DNA of 63,082 nt, filler included, from Pelomyxa schiedti (lineage: Eukaryota > Protista > Evosea): the NCBI GenBank assembly GCA_020536535.1. It is 7 parts of 7 records of this genome, joined end to end, with 100 filler letters (N's around TTAATTAATTAA, not from the genome) between each part and the next. Parts side by side here need not be neighbours in the genome. Positions count along the whole stretch, not along the records: positions 43,700 to 59,630 come from JAHLWZ010000212.1; positions 59,731 to 61,255 come from JAHLWZ010002443.1; positions 61,356 to 63,082 come from JAHLWZ010002302.1; 4 more parts are not named here. One strand, 5' to 3'. The position numbers were made by a program, and so were the translations under genes. Numbering within the stretch: the stretch's first letter is position 1; each line of letters opens with the position of its first letter. The notes below the pieces were generated by a model, which made no database searches, was not told the DNA's origin, and saw only the letters and a program-made list of their open reading frames with translations. Positions 50,973 to 63,082 of this stretch are shown one piece after another.

Positions 50973-53261
50973 ATGTTGCAGTCCCGCCGCACACCACCAC
51001 AAAACACGAAAGAGGTCGAGGCGCTGTTGCTGGCCGTTCGTTGTGGCAACGTCGAGGTGGCTCGCACAGTCCTCACGCGCAACACCCCCACCACCATCGA
51101 CATCAACGCCGCCTACACGGTGGACTTCGCAGAGGGAGGGCGAGACCAGACGACGCTGCTGCACATCGCAGGGAGCGCCGAGGTTGCGCAGCTGCTGCTG
51201 TCGCCGCCACTGCCTCACCTTCCGTTCATCGACGTCAACAGGACGACGTGTGGCCAGTTCGACGAAGTAACGCCACTGTGCCGGGCATGCAGCGAGGGCA
51301 GAGAGGACGTGGTAAGGGAGCTGCTGGGGGCTGCGCGGGTCGATCCGAACAAGGGCTGGCCGTTGTGGCAGGCCAGCAGGGGAGGGTGTGCAGGGATGGT
51401 GAGGCTGCTGCTGGGGCACCCTCGCACTGACGTGAACAAGGCGAGCTGCGGCAACATGGCTTGCGTTTCTGCCACAACCCCGCTGGCAGAGGCTCTCATC
51501 CACGGCCACTTGGGTGTGGCACGCATGATTGTGGTGCGTGGTGGCGCAGTCAATGAGGAGGCGCAGGATGAAGTGGACAAGGCCATGGGTGGGCACCACA
51601 AGTACGAGCAGTGGCTGATCGAGTGTGCTCACCCAACTGTTGCCAATCCCGTAAGTAAGGACTTCTGAACAACCAACCCTAAAAAATGAAAAGGCCAAGG
51701 ACAAGATCATTATCAGGCAGCTGGAGGAAGAGGTGAGAGCATTGAAGTCAAAGTTGTCAACAACCGAATTGACACTGACGGAGCTTCAAAACCACGAGCA
51801 GGTTTTTTACTCTCAAATCATTTTTCGGGTTTTGAATTTCACACCTCCACAAAAAAAAAGAGGATGGGCATTGAGCACGCAAAAGAAAAAAGTTTTCTGG
51901 AGAGAAAACATAGTGCAGAAATGACAGCAGCCAAAAATGCGTGTGAGGTGTGTATGGGTGAAACCAAACGATAACAATGTCTCTTAATCATAATCTTTTT
52001 TTCAAGGAATCAACGAAAAGGCTCAACCAGCAGCACCTTGAGGAGATCAACCATGTGAACAAAAAGCTCCAGCAAGTGCAGGAACAACTGCGAAAACAAG
52101 AAGAGTCCCATTCAATGGGACCAACAACAACCTTGCCTGAACTGAATGAAGCTTTCAAATTGGCCACACTCTTCCAAAGGCGTTTGAAGGAATCAGCACA
52201 AGGGTTAAGCTTTCTTCAGGAATCACTGGCAGAGCTCACAATAAACCTGCAAGGAGTCACCGAACACAACGAAGCACTGGCCTCCCACCTGAAAGAACTC
52301 TCAGAACTGAAAAGCACACTGGTGAATAAACTCAGTGAATCAGATGCTGCGTGCAAGAAGTCCCTTGGGCAGACACTTACAGTCCAGAACAGTGAAGCAG
52401 AGATCCAGGCGCGCTCCAGGAAAATCTCAGAATTGATAAAACAGGTGTTTGGAATCAAGCCAGATAGCGCCCATGTTTTCCTTTCAGAGGGTAACAAAGC
52501 AACAACACCAATTCCTCAGAACTAATAACGCAATCAACAGAGAGTGATGTCACTGTGGATGCGCTGTTGAAGCCTTTGATTGTGCACGAACAACCTCATC
52601 ATGCTCCCTCAACCCCACCGTTTCAGGTGCTGTGCACACTCACAGACACACTGGCACAGCTCCAAGCATTCCGATTTGATGAGTGCACAAAGATTGCTGA
52701 CAAACATACAGTGCTGTCAAAGGAGCTGTCAGAACAGGAAACACTGGGAGGCACACTCCACAGGGCAGTGGAGGGAACACAGAGGGAATGTTCAGAGCTC
52801 CAGGGGGAACACAAGAGCAAGTGGATGCTTCGGCAAGGGCTGGAGGGTGACGAGCAGTTCATTGGGGTGCCTTGTGTGTGGTCTCAGCTCTCTGAGTTGC
52901 TCCCTCAGGCTCAACAAGCAATGTTTGATCTGATGGTTTCCAAGGCTTCTTCATCAGGCCGTTTTACACTCCCAGGGTTCACTTCCTCACCACAACAGCC
53001 TCCATTATCACCCGTGAGCAGTGGTGGCATGATGCAGCAGATGATGTTGTGCATAGAATGTGATGAGAGGACACCAAACATTCAGTTCCAACCGTGTGGC
53101 CACATCGTCCTGTGCTCTCAGGTCTGTTTTTTTTTTTCACTGTTTCTGAACTCACAACAAACAAAAAACCACAACACACGACACTACAGTGTTCACCAAC
53201 GGTGAGGAAATGCCCCCACTGTCGAGTTCAAATCACAACCAAACTTCAAATCCAGTGCTGA
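50973..53261 (+). CDS. Ankyrin-repeat, coiled-coil, RING protein; putative E3 ligase
   Basis: ANK repeats (TTLLHIAGSAEVAQLLL, TPLCRACSEGREDVVRELL, TPLAEALIHGHLGVARMIV); coiled-coil block homologous to the MORN genes; RING CIECDERTPNIQFQPCGHIVLCSQ/CSPTVRKCPHCR. Confidence 0.85.
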
Positions 53262-53924
53262 TTACTCCACTCCACTACACCAGCCAGCCATCATTACAGC
53301 CTTATTAATCTTTGAATTGAAAGCTATAACTTTTATTTATAGTGGGGGGAAAACAAGAAAAGCTGTGTGATTCTGTAGAATACACAAGCAAACTCTTATC
53401 CTATCATTGATCAGGATGTGTACTTCAGGCAATACATCTCAGACTTACCATGATGTATAATGATGTTCCCACTTCCGCCTCCCCACTTGCTTCCTCTGCT
53501 GAGAAATACCAGAAGTATTCTTCTATGCTAGCTTGTCCAGTGCCATGTATATCTCATAAACTTAAAATTGTAGTACGGACGCGGCCCACAGTGAGTGCAC
53601 CAGCACCCACAAAAACGTGATAAGACTCTCGTTCCCATTTGAGTTGTGTGTGTGATAGCGTCTATCAGGAAGAATTATTTGTGTTATTATTCCTATTTAC
53701 AATCTTTCTGTGGTAAAACGGCGGGTGATTCAAGGAAAGGCCATTAGAATGAACGCTCCGGCCGTTCCTCTGAATGGCCGGCTCTGTCCCGAACTACGTT
53801 TCCTGATGATTCTTGGAACTTGCTCTCTGACAAACGAAACAAAACAACCACTTGGCAAGTACCGTTTGACATTTTGTTGCCAAGTGGAATTTGTGGATTT
53901 AGGGAAATCAACGAAAACCTCCAA

Positions 53925-56441
53925 ATGCCCAGAGCCTGTGCTGAATTCGTCGACAATGCAATGCAACCCAACGGTGGAGTCTACACAGGTCGGCTCGTAG
54001 GCAAAAAGCGAGACGGCAGGGGCAGGCTCACGTTGCAGCAAGACGGCGGCCAGCACGCCTACGACGGCAACTGGATCGACGGGCAGATGAACGGGTGGGG
54101 AGTGCACACGTGGCCCAACGGCACCATGTACAACGGGGAGTGGAAGAGCGGGGTGCCAGATGGGTGGGGCACAAGGCGCGACGCCGACGGCGGGTGGTAC
54201 GAGGGGCTGTGGCGCGCCGGGGGCTGGCACAGGGGAACCCGGCACGATCCAAACGGCGTCGATGTGTATGAGGGCGAGTGGGTGTGGGACAATACCACGA
54301 AAGGGTACAAGCAGCAGGGGTGGGGGGTGTGGAGGAAGAAGATGGTCAAGGGTGGTGATGGGACATACTCGGAGGCCCCGCCTGGTGGCGATGTGCAGGC
54401 AGGCGTGATGGTGACTGTGTACGAGGGCGCGTGGAACAACGACCAGATGCATGGGCATGGAATGTGGAGGTCACCAGAAACAGGCACGATTTACTGTGGC
54501 GAGTGGGACCATGATGAGATGTGTGGACCAGGGAGGATGCTCATTGGTGAAAACAGCCGCTACCATGACACAGGCGGGAGCTACGTGGGTCTGCAAAAGG
54601 ACTGGAGGTTCCACGGGGAGGGCGTGAGGGTGTGGTCAAACGGTGACAGGTATCAGGGCAACTGGGAGGATGGCATGGAGCATGGGAATGGGACGAAGAG
54701 GTGGGCCAGGGATGGGTCATCATTCAATGGTGTGTGGGAAAGGGGTGTCCCTGTCAAGGGCACGATGGTGTGGCCAAATGGTGACATGTTCACTGGCACA
54801 TTCAGAGAAGTTGCAGACCAACTACAAGGCCGGGAACTGAAGATATACCGTGGCGATGGTGTCCTGTCACTCTCATCACTGCCTTCCATGCATGGAGACA
54901 TTTTGATGGCTTGGGGGAGTCTGAGAGGCAACGCATTCCACAGAGCTGATGACAGTGTTGTTTTACACGTTATGGGTTCGTCACTGCCACAGTTGGGTCA
55001 CAGCGAACTCATCAAGGTGTTTTTCCTCCTCTTCCTCCATCAACAACTCAAAGAAAACATACACACAGAAACTGAAAGAGGAATACAACAAAGAGAGGGA
55101 AATTGAAGGAACTAAATGGACCACAGAAAGAACACAACTGCAGAACCTCATGAAAACGGCAGAAAAGGAAGCCAGTGACGTATTGCTCGCAGTTCACAAC
55201 AACATTGCAAATGAAACAAGCCAAAAACAAAGGCAATCAGAGGCACTTTGCGAGTTGTCTACAGCATTCAAGGTGACCACCAAGTTACGATTGCAGTTGA
55301 AAAAAGCAGCACCTCTGTTGGTCTCACTTGAGGAATCAGTTTCAGCACTGATGCCATTCCTCCAAAGTGCCACAGAAAGGAACCAAGCACTTGACGTTCA
55401 CCTGAGGGAGCTGTCAACTCTGAGGGAGGCACTAGAAAAGGCAGCCGAGGAGTCAGATAGGAGGTGCAAGGAGATTCTTGGGCAGACACTGACAGTGGAG
55501 AGCAGTGAGTCAGAGATACAGAAGTGCTCCAGGAACATCTCGTCATTGATGAAGAAGCTTCTGGGAATCCAGCCACTGTCATCACCATTTAATACTGAAG
55601 ACCAAAGAACACAATCAATTCCCTCCAAAGGTAAATTGGCAGCTTCTCATGTAGCCATCAACTGATAAATACACAGATGTAAACAAATTGATGACTCTCA
55701 AACCTTGGTTGCTTCAAAAATCTCTGGAACCTCCTCCTACACCTTCCTCCACCTCTGGCCCTTTCACTTTGGTGTTGCAAGAGATCACTGACACAGTGTC
55801 CCTGACTCAAGGGGGATGCACCAACTTTGACAACTGCCTCAAAGTTATTGAAAAGCACACAGTGATACACCAGGAGTTGAACACACAGGCAGCACTGGCT
55901 CAGAGGCTCCACAAGGAAATCGAGGAACTCCTTTCAACATGCCATGTCCTCAACAAGGCGCACAATCACAAGTTCCTGGTGATGCGCGGTCTTGAGGGTG
56001 ACGAGCAGTTCATGTCACACCCTGATGTGTGGTCTCAGCTCTCTGAGTTGCTCCCTCAGGCTCAACAAGCCATCGTGGAGTTGAGCCTTTCAAAGGCAAC
56101 GTCATCATCTGCCTCTGGTTGCCAGCAACAACAACCAAGGTCATCATTGACAACAGCAGCAAGAACAACACTTCCAGGATGCACTACTACATCCTCACCA
56201 GTCTCACTCTCATCCTCATCAGTGCCAAATCACAACAACAATGAGAGCAACGTTTGCATGGAATGTGAAGAGAGGCCACCAGACATGCAGTTGCAGCCTT
56301 GTGGACACATTGTCCTGTGCTCCCAGGTCTGTGTCCTTTTGTATTTAACATTTTTTTCAAAAAACCACAACACAGTGTGCAGCAGTCATGAGGAAGTGCC
56401 CTGACTGTCGCACCTTCATCAAGGACAAAATTCATTTGTAA
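53925..56441 (+). CDS. MORN-repeat, coiled-coil, RING protein; paralog of 46737-49172
   Basis: MORN repeats; ELSTAFKVTTKLRLQLKKAAPLLVSLE; RING CMECEERPPDMQLQPCGHIVLCSQ/CAAVMRKCPDCR. Confidence 0.85.
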
Positions 56442-56529
56442 TGGTGATTCAATACGGCAGTCATGAAGAAGTGCCCCCCTGACTGGAGCCCTCCATTTTG
56501 TTTAAAAAAGATATCATCAACTTTGTTGG

Positions 56530-56934
56530 TTGCGTTTACAATCACAATTACTGACTGTTCAGTGGATGTTGGACTTCCTGCAAGGTGATTTCTTGAATAA
56601 GGATTCACCACTTGCCAACTGGTTGGAAGGAATCAGGTTGCTTCGAATTGGAGTAGAAAAAGGGCATGGGTGCCTCCTTGAGTTGGGATGGTGTGCACAG
56701 GATAAAAAGGAGACATTCAGATTGTTCAAGGCTTCTTCTGATCAGGGTTTGGGTGCAGCCCAGTATTCTGTTGCACTTGCTCATTACAGCTACAGTGTAA
56801 TGAACAGGTGTGGAATCGTGAAAGCCAGCCAATGGAGGGAAGAGGAGTTGCAAAAAACGAAGAGGAGGGAAGCCTTGGAAATGGGAGGTAGGTCCGGTGA
56901 TGTAAAAGAAGAATGTTGCCCCTCTGTGGAATAA
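56530..56934 (+). pseudogene. Sel1-like repeat fragment
   Basis: GIRLLRIGVEKGH...DKKETFRLFKASSDQGLGAAQYSVA; rearranged relative to the copy at 59330-59630. Confidence 0.4.
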
Positions 56935-57499
56935 ATTCTTTTCATCATCAGTCAAATGATGTGGGTTCGATTATTGAATCCTTGTCGTTGATCACAGTGC
57001 ATCAATCACATCAACTTAAAATTCTACACGAATTTTTTCAGAGAAGAGCTCACATCGCCACTCCAAGTGCGAGCCCAATTGGTTACAAACTCCTGTGGCT
57101 TCCAGTCCCCTCTGTTTTGCCACAGCTTATGATTCAGCCAAGTTATAATAGCTATAAAAGCTTTAGGTCGTGGATTGCTGGTTGTTTGTGCTTTTACCTG
57201 TGGCTTTCAAAAGTCCCAAGGCTGCCCCAATTTCTAACATTAAATTAATAAGATGACTATGTTGCCGGTAGACTTGGGTGAGATATGGGGTTAACGCAGT
57301 ATTCACACTTAATATGCTGTTTCTATGTGTAAGGGAGCTATTTCTAAGCTCAAAGTGGTCCCGTATATCTGATATCTGTGAAATTGTGTCTCCGCGTATA
57401 CTTGACTCTACAACCTTCAACATGCCATATATCTTTGATTGAGGGGTATCCCAAACCAGCAATCTGAAGGAACTCCGGCCATACTCAGTTGCTGTCCTC

Positions 57500-58513
57500 A
57501 ACGTGTGATGGCATGAGGAAGTTGTCAAGTATTGGTACAATATTCAAGTCTAAAAAAAAAAGTAAATTCAATGCCTCGTTGGCAAAGTGGAACCTGTTAT
57601 CGAAATCCACTCCAAGAGTTGTATGGGTTTTGGTTTGCAATATTGCCGGAAAGCAGAGGGATACACACACTCAGTGGTTGTAATAGCATAGAAAAACCGG
57701 GTTGAGTAAACCTCAGTGGGTTCGACCGTGACATTCGGTTTCCAGACCAATTCCGCTCGTGTGAACCTTAAAACAGGAGAATCAATGACAAGAGATCTAT
57801 AGTAATGAGAATAAAACATGTAATATTCAGTTCCAGGGATCCCCGCCATTGCTCCACAGTCTTTTAATGTTAGGAACAGGTTCAGAAATAAAAAATTACC
57901 TGGAGGAGGACAGATAAAAGTTAAAGCAGAGTTTGGTATATGACACTCCTCTCCGTGGGCACAGAATTGAGAAATCCTGCAGAAGATGTTACTTGTCTTA
58001 CTTCAGAGAGCCAAAGTATTTCGAACCTGTTGTCTCTGGTAGCGTTGAAAATTGTAACAACTGAAAAGTTCACCTCCAGGTACTTGGAAATGAAGTCATT
58101 CTCGGCAGCCACAGCAATTCTTGGATACCAAGCTGTATTGCTGGTATTGTAAACAGCAGTAATCGGCGCAGTGGCCTATTCTTTGTGGATACGAAAAGGG
58201 CACTAGGCATTTTCAAGGCCTACTTCTACAACAATCACTTCGCCAACTTGGGACCAATTGATGATAGAAACAATCGCTAGAGAAAAGACCAGAATGGCAA
58301 GAAGAATAAAAAGAAGCCCAAAAAAAGGGTATGGGTGCCATCTGTCGCATTAGTTAAGAAGAACCCAAGGAAGGAGAAACAAAAAAAAAATAGAGGAAAC
58401 ATTACGGCCACTCAGGTGGAGGAACAGGAGAAGGTGCAGCTCTTGGAGGTGGCGGTGGCAATGGCAATGGCAATGGCAATGGCAATGGCAGGCTGACTGT
58501 ATTGTTGGGTCAT
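57500..58513 (-). CDS. Hypothetical membrane protein, multi-exon; possibly disrupted
   Basis: Hydrophobic exon FFGLLFILLAILVFSLAIVSII, followed by exons 57921-58150 and 57568-57849. Confidence 0.35.
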
Positions 58514-59128
58514 TCGTAGCCGACGCGGTTGTGGTGGTGGCGGTCGTGGTAGTGGCGGGGGCCGGGCACAGAACGTTTCATCTTTTTCTCTCATTTTTTG
58601 TTGGTTTGCGGGAGCGTTGAAGCCGAGATGGGCAAAGCGGGAGAGGAATCCCTACCTCTGTTGTTTACCTGTGTGGGCTTTTGTGCACCTTGTGAATGAC
58701 ACGTTGTTGGTTTGGTTTATGTTTTTGTATTGTTTCCCTGACACTAAATTAGCTTATTGTGTGTTCTGGCTTTCTTTTCGTGTCTCTTTGTGCCTTTGGT
58801 TATGCTATACTCTATTCTTTGCAGTGTTTTACAACACCATCAGGGGAACAATCCAAACTTGGTGGGATGCTTTTTGCGTGTGTGGGTATAAGTAGGTGTG
58901 AGTATATATTTTAGCTCTCTGGGATTCTCTAACAACTATGGTTCCACTATTTGGAATATGACACTGATATGCACAGTTTATGGTGCTGTGCTGCTTGCAT
59001 ACTTTGCCATCATATTTTCCTGCCCACTNNNNNNNNNNNNNNNNNNNNNNNNNNNNNNNNNNNNNNNNNNNNNNNNNNNNNNNNNNNNNNNNNNNNNNNN
59101 NNNNNNNNNNNNNNNNNNNNNNNNNNNN

Positions 59129-59630
59129 AGAGGCCACCAGACATGCAGTTGCAGCCTTGTGGACACATTGTCCTGTGCTCCCAGGTCTGTGTCCTTTTGT
59201 ATTTAACATTTTTTTCAAAAAACCACAACACAGTGTGCAGCAGTCATGAAGAAGTGCCCTGACTGTCGCACCTTCATCAAGGACAAAATTCATTTTTGCA
59301 CTGTGCCTCGTGATCAACGACAAGGATTCAAAATCGAACCCACATCATTTGACTGATGATGAAAAGAATTTATTCCACAGAGGGGCAAACTGCCTTGAGT
59401 TTCCTTGCACATTCTTCTTTTACATCACCGGACCTACCTCCCATTTCCAAGGCTTCCCTCCTCTTCGTTTTTTGCAACTCCTCTTCCCTCCATTGGCTGG
59501 CTTTAAATTGAATTTTTTCAGAGAAGAGCTCACATCGCCACTCCAAGTGCGAGCCCAATTGGTTACAAACTCCTGTGGCTTCCAGTCCCCTCTGTTTTGC
59601 CACAGCTTATGATTCAGCCAAGTTATAATA
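59129..59630. repeat. Direct and inverted copies of parts of 56271-57150
   Basis: 59129-59295 matches 56271-56437; about 59330-59500 is an inverted copy of about 56820-56975; 59508-59630 matches about 57030-57150. Confidence 0.8.
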
Positions 59631-60166
59631 NNNNNNNNNNNNNNNNNNNNNNNNNNNNNNNNNNNNNNNNNNNNTTAATTAATTAANNNNNNNNNNNNNN
59701 NNNNNNNNNNNNNNNNNNNNNNNNNNNNNNATATTAGATGGAACGACGTGATGGAAGAGACAAGGCGGGTACCGCTTGTTCCTCTTCACCCCAGGGCGGC
59801 ATGGTCTCCCCTCGTAGCAGCGATTTTTTTGATGGTAGTGGAGATAAACAAGAGGCAATTCACTGCACAGTCTCCACAACCCCAAACATGCCATTTATGA
59901 ACAATCACCAAAACCCATTTATGTCAAGGCCGCGCAGCCGCGGCGAGACCCGATTCAACGAACACACACGCCGCGCTGCCGCCGCGGCGCCGCGCCAACC
60001 GCTCCGCGGCACAAAACATCAACAAATCCCGGCAAAATCGGGCAGCTTCACCCTGCCTTGCTCACTAAAAAATTCTGTTTTTCTCATTTGACTTGCACTC
60101 CGGTGTACCAAAATGCATTGACGGCCTTCCGTGCCAGCAGATTTTCTTTTACTGTAAATCAAAAAG

Positions 60167-60960
60167 ATGCAAACTACAAGCAAAGCTGCAACACACGCGG
60201 CCCCGAGGCCCTTGCCAGTGTTCCTCGTTACCCCAGCACGCGACCTTTCCTCGCAGTTCCTCGCCCTGTGCCTGCTCCCCCACGATCGCGGCAACACCTG
60301 TGGCGTGCCCGCCGCCTCCTCGTGCAGTGCCCCAGCGCACCATAGCTCCCCGGCAGCCTCTGGCTGACCGTGGCCGGCTCTGGCGTTGTGCCTGCGAGGG
60401 GTGCACAGGTTGCCTTGGGGCCTGGTTACCATTGGCGCCGCAGCTATGGATGCTGCCGTCCGGGTGCCCACAGCATCCCCAGCCACCACCCCAACACCAA
60501 TTTGGTAAATTTCAATACATAAAGAATTTGTTCCTCCTTTTCTCGGTACAACCATGTCTGTAAGGGACGCACCCTACTCACAACACTATGTTACTAGTGG
60601 GACTGGATTTGTAATTGAAGCAGTAGAAACTTCCTTATGGCTTACACCCCTGATTTGGAAATGAGAGTGGGTTCCACCAGTAGGAAATCTTGCAATGTAA
60701 GTAACTGTGGACATCAAAGCCAAACACACTAAGGCTTCTGCTTGTGCATCCAATGAGCCATCAATGGGGTGTGGATCAGCCTCTCTCTGGTATCCAGACA
60801 AGAAACCTTTGCCCAGTGTATCTCTGATGTGTATTAGTGTGACAGAATTCTATAAAACGGGAACTTACCGAAGGCACCATTTCAAAGTTTGGAAGTCACC
60901 AGCAAGAGTGGTGTGGTGAATAAGGCCTGTGTTTATAAGTGGATCTCCGGCTAAGCCTAA
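60167..60960 (+). pseudogene. Degenerate member of the 'ARxQF' family
   Basis: ARDLSSQFLALCLLPHDRGNTCG...SSPAA followed by stop codons. Confidence 0.35.
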
Positions 60961-61599
60961 GGCCATGGCATTGGTCTCTATTAACAGGGTCTCCTGGAAA
61001 TGTTGCATCCCTGATTCTCGTTATTGTGTTGGTGAATAGAAAACTGGTCACCTTTTAGCCAACTTTTTCCTGTGAAAGCCATGTCAAAGTCTAGGGGACC
61101 AAGAAACATTCCACATGGCTCACGCTGTAAGGTGATTAACAGAAAGGCTTTGATGAAAGTAAGAAGACATTATACAAAGCAGCAAGGTTATTTGGATGGG
61201 CATTGCAGTGGAAACCCAGCAGGTCGGAATAAGTACCCCAACTGATTTCATTATCNNNNNNNNNNNNNNNNNNNNNNNNNNNNNNNNNNNNNNNNNNNNT
61301 TAATTAATTAANNNNNNNNNNNNNNNNNNNNNNNNNNNNNNNNNNNNNNNNNNNNTGGTGGTGTTCCCTTGGTTCAAGTTCTGCCAAATATGTTTTGTGG
61401 GACATCTGCAACCACCCCTTTCCAGGTTGGTGGTGCTGAGGCTAGTGCATCCTGGACAGTGAAGAACTTGCTCCTCACAACCTAATCCCCACAAATCAAA
61501 TCAAAACAAAACAGGACAAATAATAGAATCCTTTCTTGATCTCGTTCTTGTTCTCTGCCTTGCCGTCACACAACGAACTACACATCCCACAGAAGCACA

Positions 61600-62270
61600 C
61601 ACATGGCAATGAAAGTTCTGTTCAACTGGGAGAACACACTGCAGGATACATTGATCAAGGAGAAGTACATGAAAGAGTGCCTTGTACTCGCATCGGTGCC
61701 ACTTCATCCAAATGTTATCCACCCTCTTGGAACTCTTGTCATTCCTCGGTGTGCTTTGTTAATGACTACCTAGTAGATAGTACCATTTATCAATGGAAAA
61801 ATAAAGAACTACTACACAATAATAAATTATCGCTCTACTAGCAAATTGAAAGGACACATCAGAAAAACAAGAGTTTACATAATCCTCAAAAACCAACCCC
61901 ACAAACTCAGATTTCCACCCGAGTTCATTAACGCTATTCCCTCATACCAGCCAGCTTACAGAGAATTTGCAGTCAACAAATCACTTGCTTTGCTGCTTCC
62001 TTTTGGTGGTGTTCCCTTGGTTCAAGTTCTGCCAAATATGTTTTGTGGGACATCTGCAACCACCCCTTTCCAGGTTGGTGGTGCTGAGGCTAGTGCATCC
62101 TGGACAGTGAAGAACTTGCTCCTCCAATCACTGAGTGCTGTTGCTCACCTTGAAAGAGCACATGTCGTCCACAGGTTGGTTTTTCCCCGTTTCTCATTTT
62201 CATTCTGATTTGCCCAGGGACATCAAAGGAGACAACATACTTGTTGACCCAGCCACTCACAAGCTTTCAA
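61600..62270 (+). pseudogene. Protein kinase fragment
   Basis: KNLLLQSLSAVAHLERAHVVHR/DIKGDNILVDP (catalytic loop split by an intron); no DFG follows; 61356-61477 duplicates 62003-62124. Confidence 0.6.
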
Positions 62271-63082
62271 GGAAACTGTATGTGACCTCTGTCCTCTTCA
62301 AATGGTACGAGTTTCCTCTCCCCCTTCTTCTCCTGGAAACAAATTAACAAACACAGGTTGTGAACCTTATCATCTCAAGGAAGTTTGGTGTCGAGTCGAC
62401 TCAACAACTCATCTTCACTGTTGGTTCAGAAAATAGCTCCGAGGACTGCTGACAGATTTACCAACAGGAATGTCGGTCGATTTCTATGGGGTGAGGTGAG
62501 TGTGAGGAGGGATGAAATGGGGAAGGAAAAACGAACCAGAACTCTCCTCAGTTCGAGAGTTCTCCTGCTTAAGTTGAAGAAATCAGCAACAAAAACTCAA
62601 ATTTTATATGGGCATATCCATTCCCCACTTTAGGCAAAATTGGGCTCTGGACTCAACAGTGGACGCTGGGGGCAAACATTTTTTGGCGGTTGTCCTCTGA
62701 GGACTTCCCAGAAAAACATACAAAACGGGAACCTTCCCGGGTAGTGACGTGGGCCGTTGTGGCGACAAGAGAATGTACAGTCGTGTGCCCCCTAGACCGG
62801 TGTTCCCGGATATGCGACACTAGAAGAAGAAAAAAAAATGTTGTAGGGGCAAACTACTCCTCTTGTACCCGCGATCACAACAAGCCACGTCACAGATCAC
62901 AGTTTGCAGCCCGAGGAGTCTTGGTCAGGGAAAAGGAAAGAAAAGCATTGTGTCGCAATGCAACATCAGATCACCCAATCACTCAGTAGCCGGAGGAAGG
63001 GAAGCGCTCAAGCCCTCTGCGTTCAGATGCACGTGCACTCTCATCCCATTCCTTGCGCCTCCCAGCTCCTCCAAGTCTCAAG

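Noticed and set aside
46737-56441. Calling the MORN genes phosphatidylinositol phosphate kinases
   Set aside because: Only MORN repeats are present; the C-terminus is coiled-coil plus RING with no kinase domain.

Overview
Eukaryotic, gene-dense DNA with many very short spliceosomal introns (about 40-70 nt). The window is at least seven contigs joined by artificial N-TTAATTAATTAA-N linkers, plus two 100-N gaps, and it shows many duplicate/inverted chimera signatures typical of whole-genome amplification. The gene style suggests an amoebozoan, possibly a Pelomyxa-like archamoeba (inference, not verifiable here). Recognisable genes: a membrane class III adenylate cyclase, a UEV/MMS2-type E2 variant, a PA-M28 aminopeptidase, a PARP4/vault-PARP-like gene, spastin, eEF1B-gamma, a ricin-B lectin protein, a VIT-vWA-DUF2135 protein, tRNA-Val(TAC), two tandem Arf paralogs, three MORN- or ankyrin-coiled-coil-RING genes and kinase fragments. 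Two observations stand out. (1) The PARP4-like gene appears to end in a WH2-like motif and a Rab5-like GTPase whose P-loop lies AFTER G5 (order G2-G3-G4-G5-G1), an apparent circular permutation different from the YlqF/YRG and cpRAS types. (2) A bacterial-type VIT-vWA-DUF2135 protein carries, in frame, the SNW core of splicing factor SKIP/Prp45 followed by the KH-QUA2 RNA-binding module of SF1/BBP. All gene models were spliced by eye, so exon boundaries are approximate.
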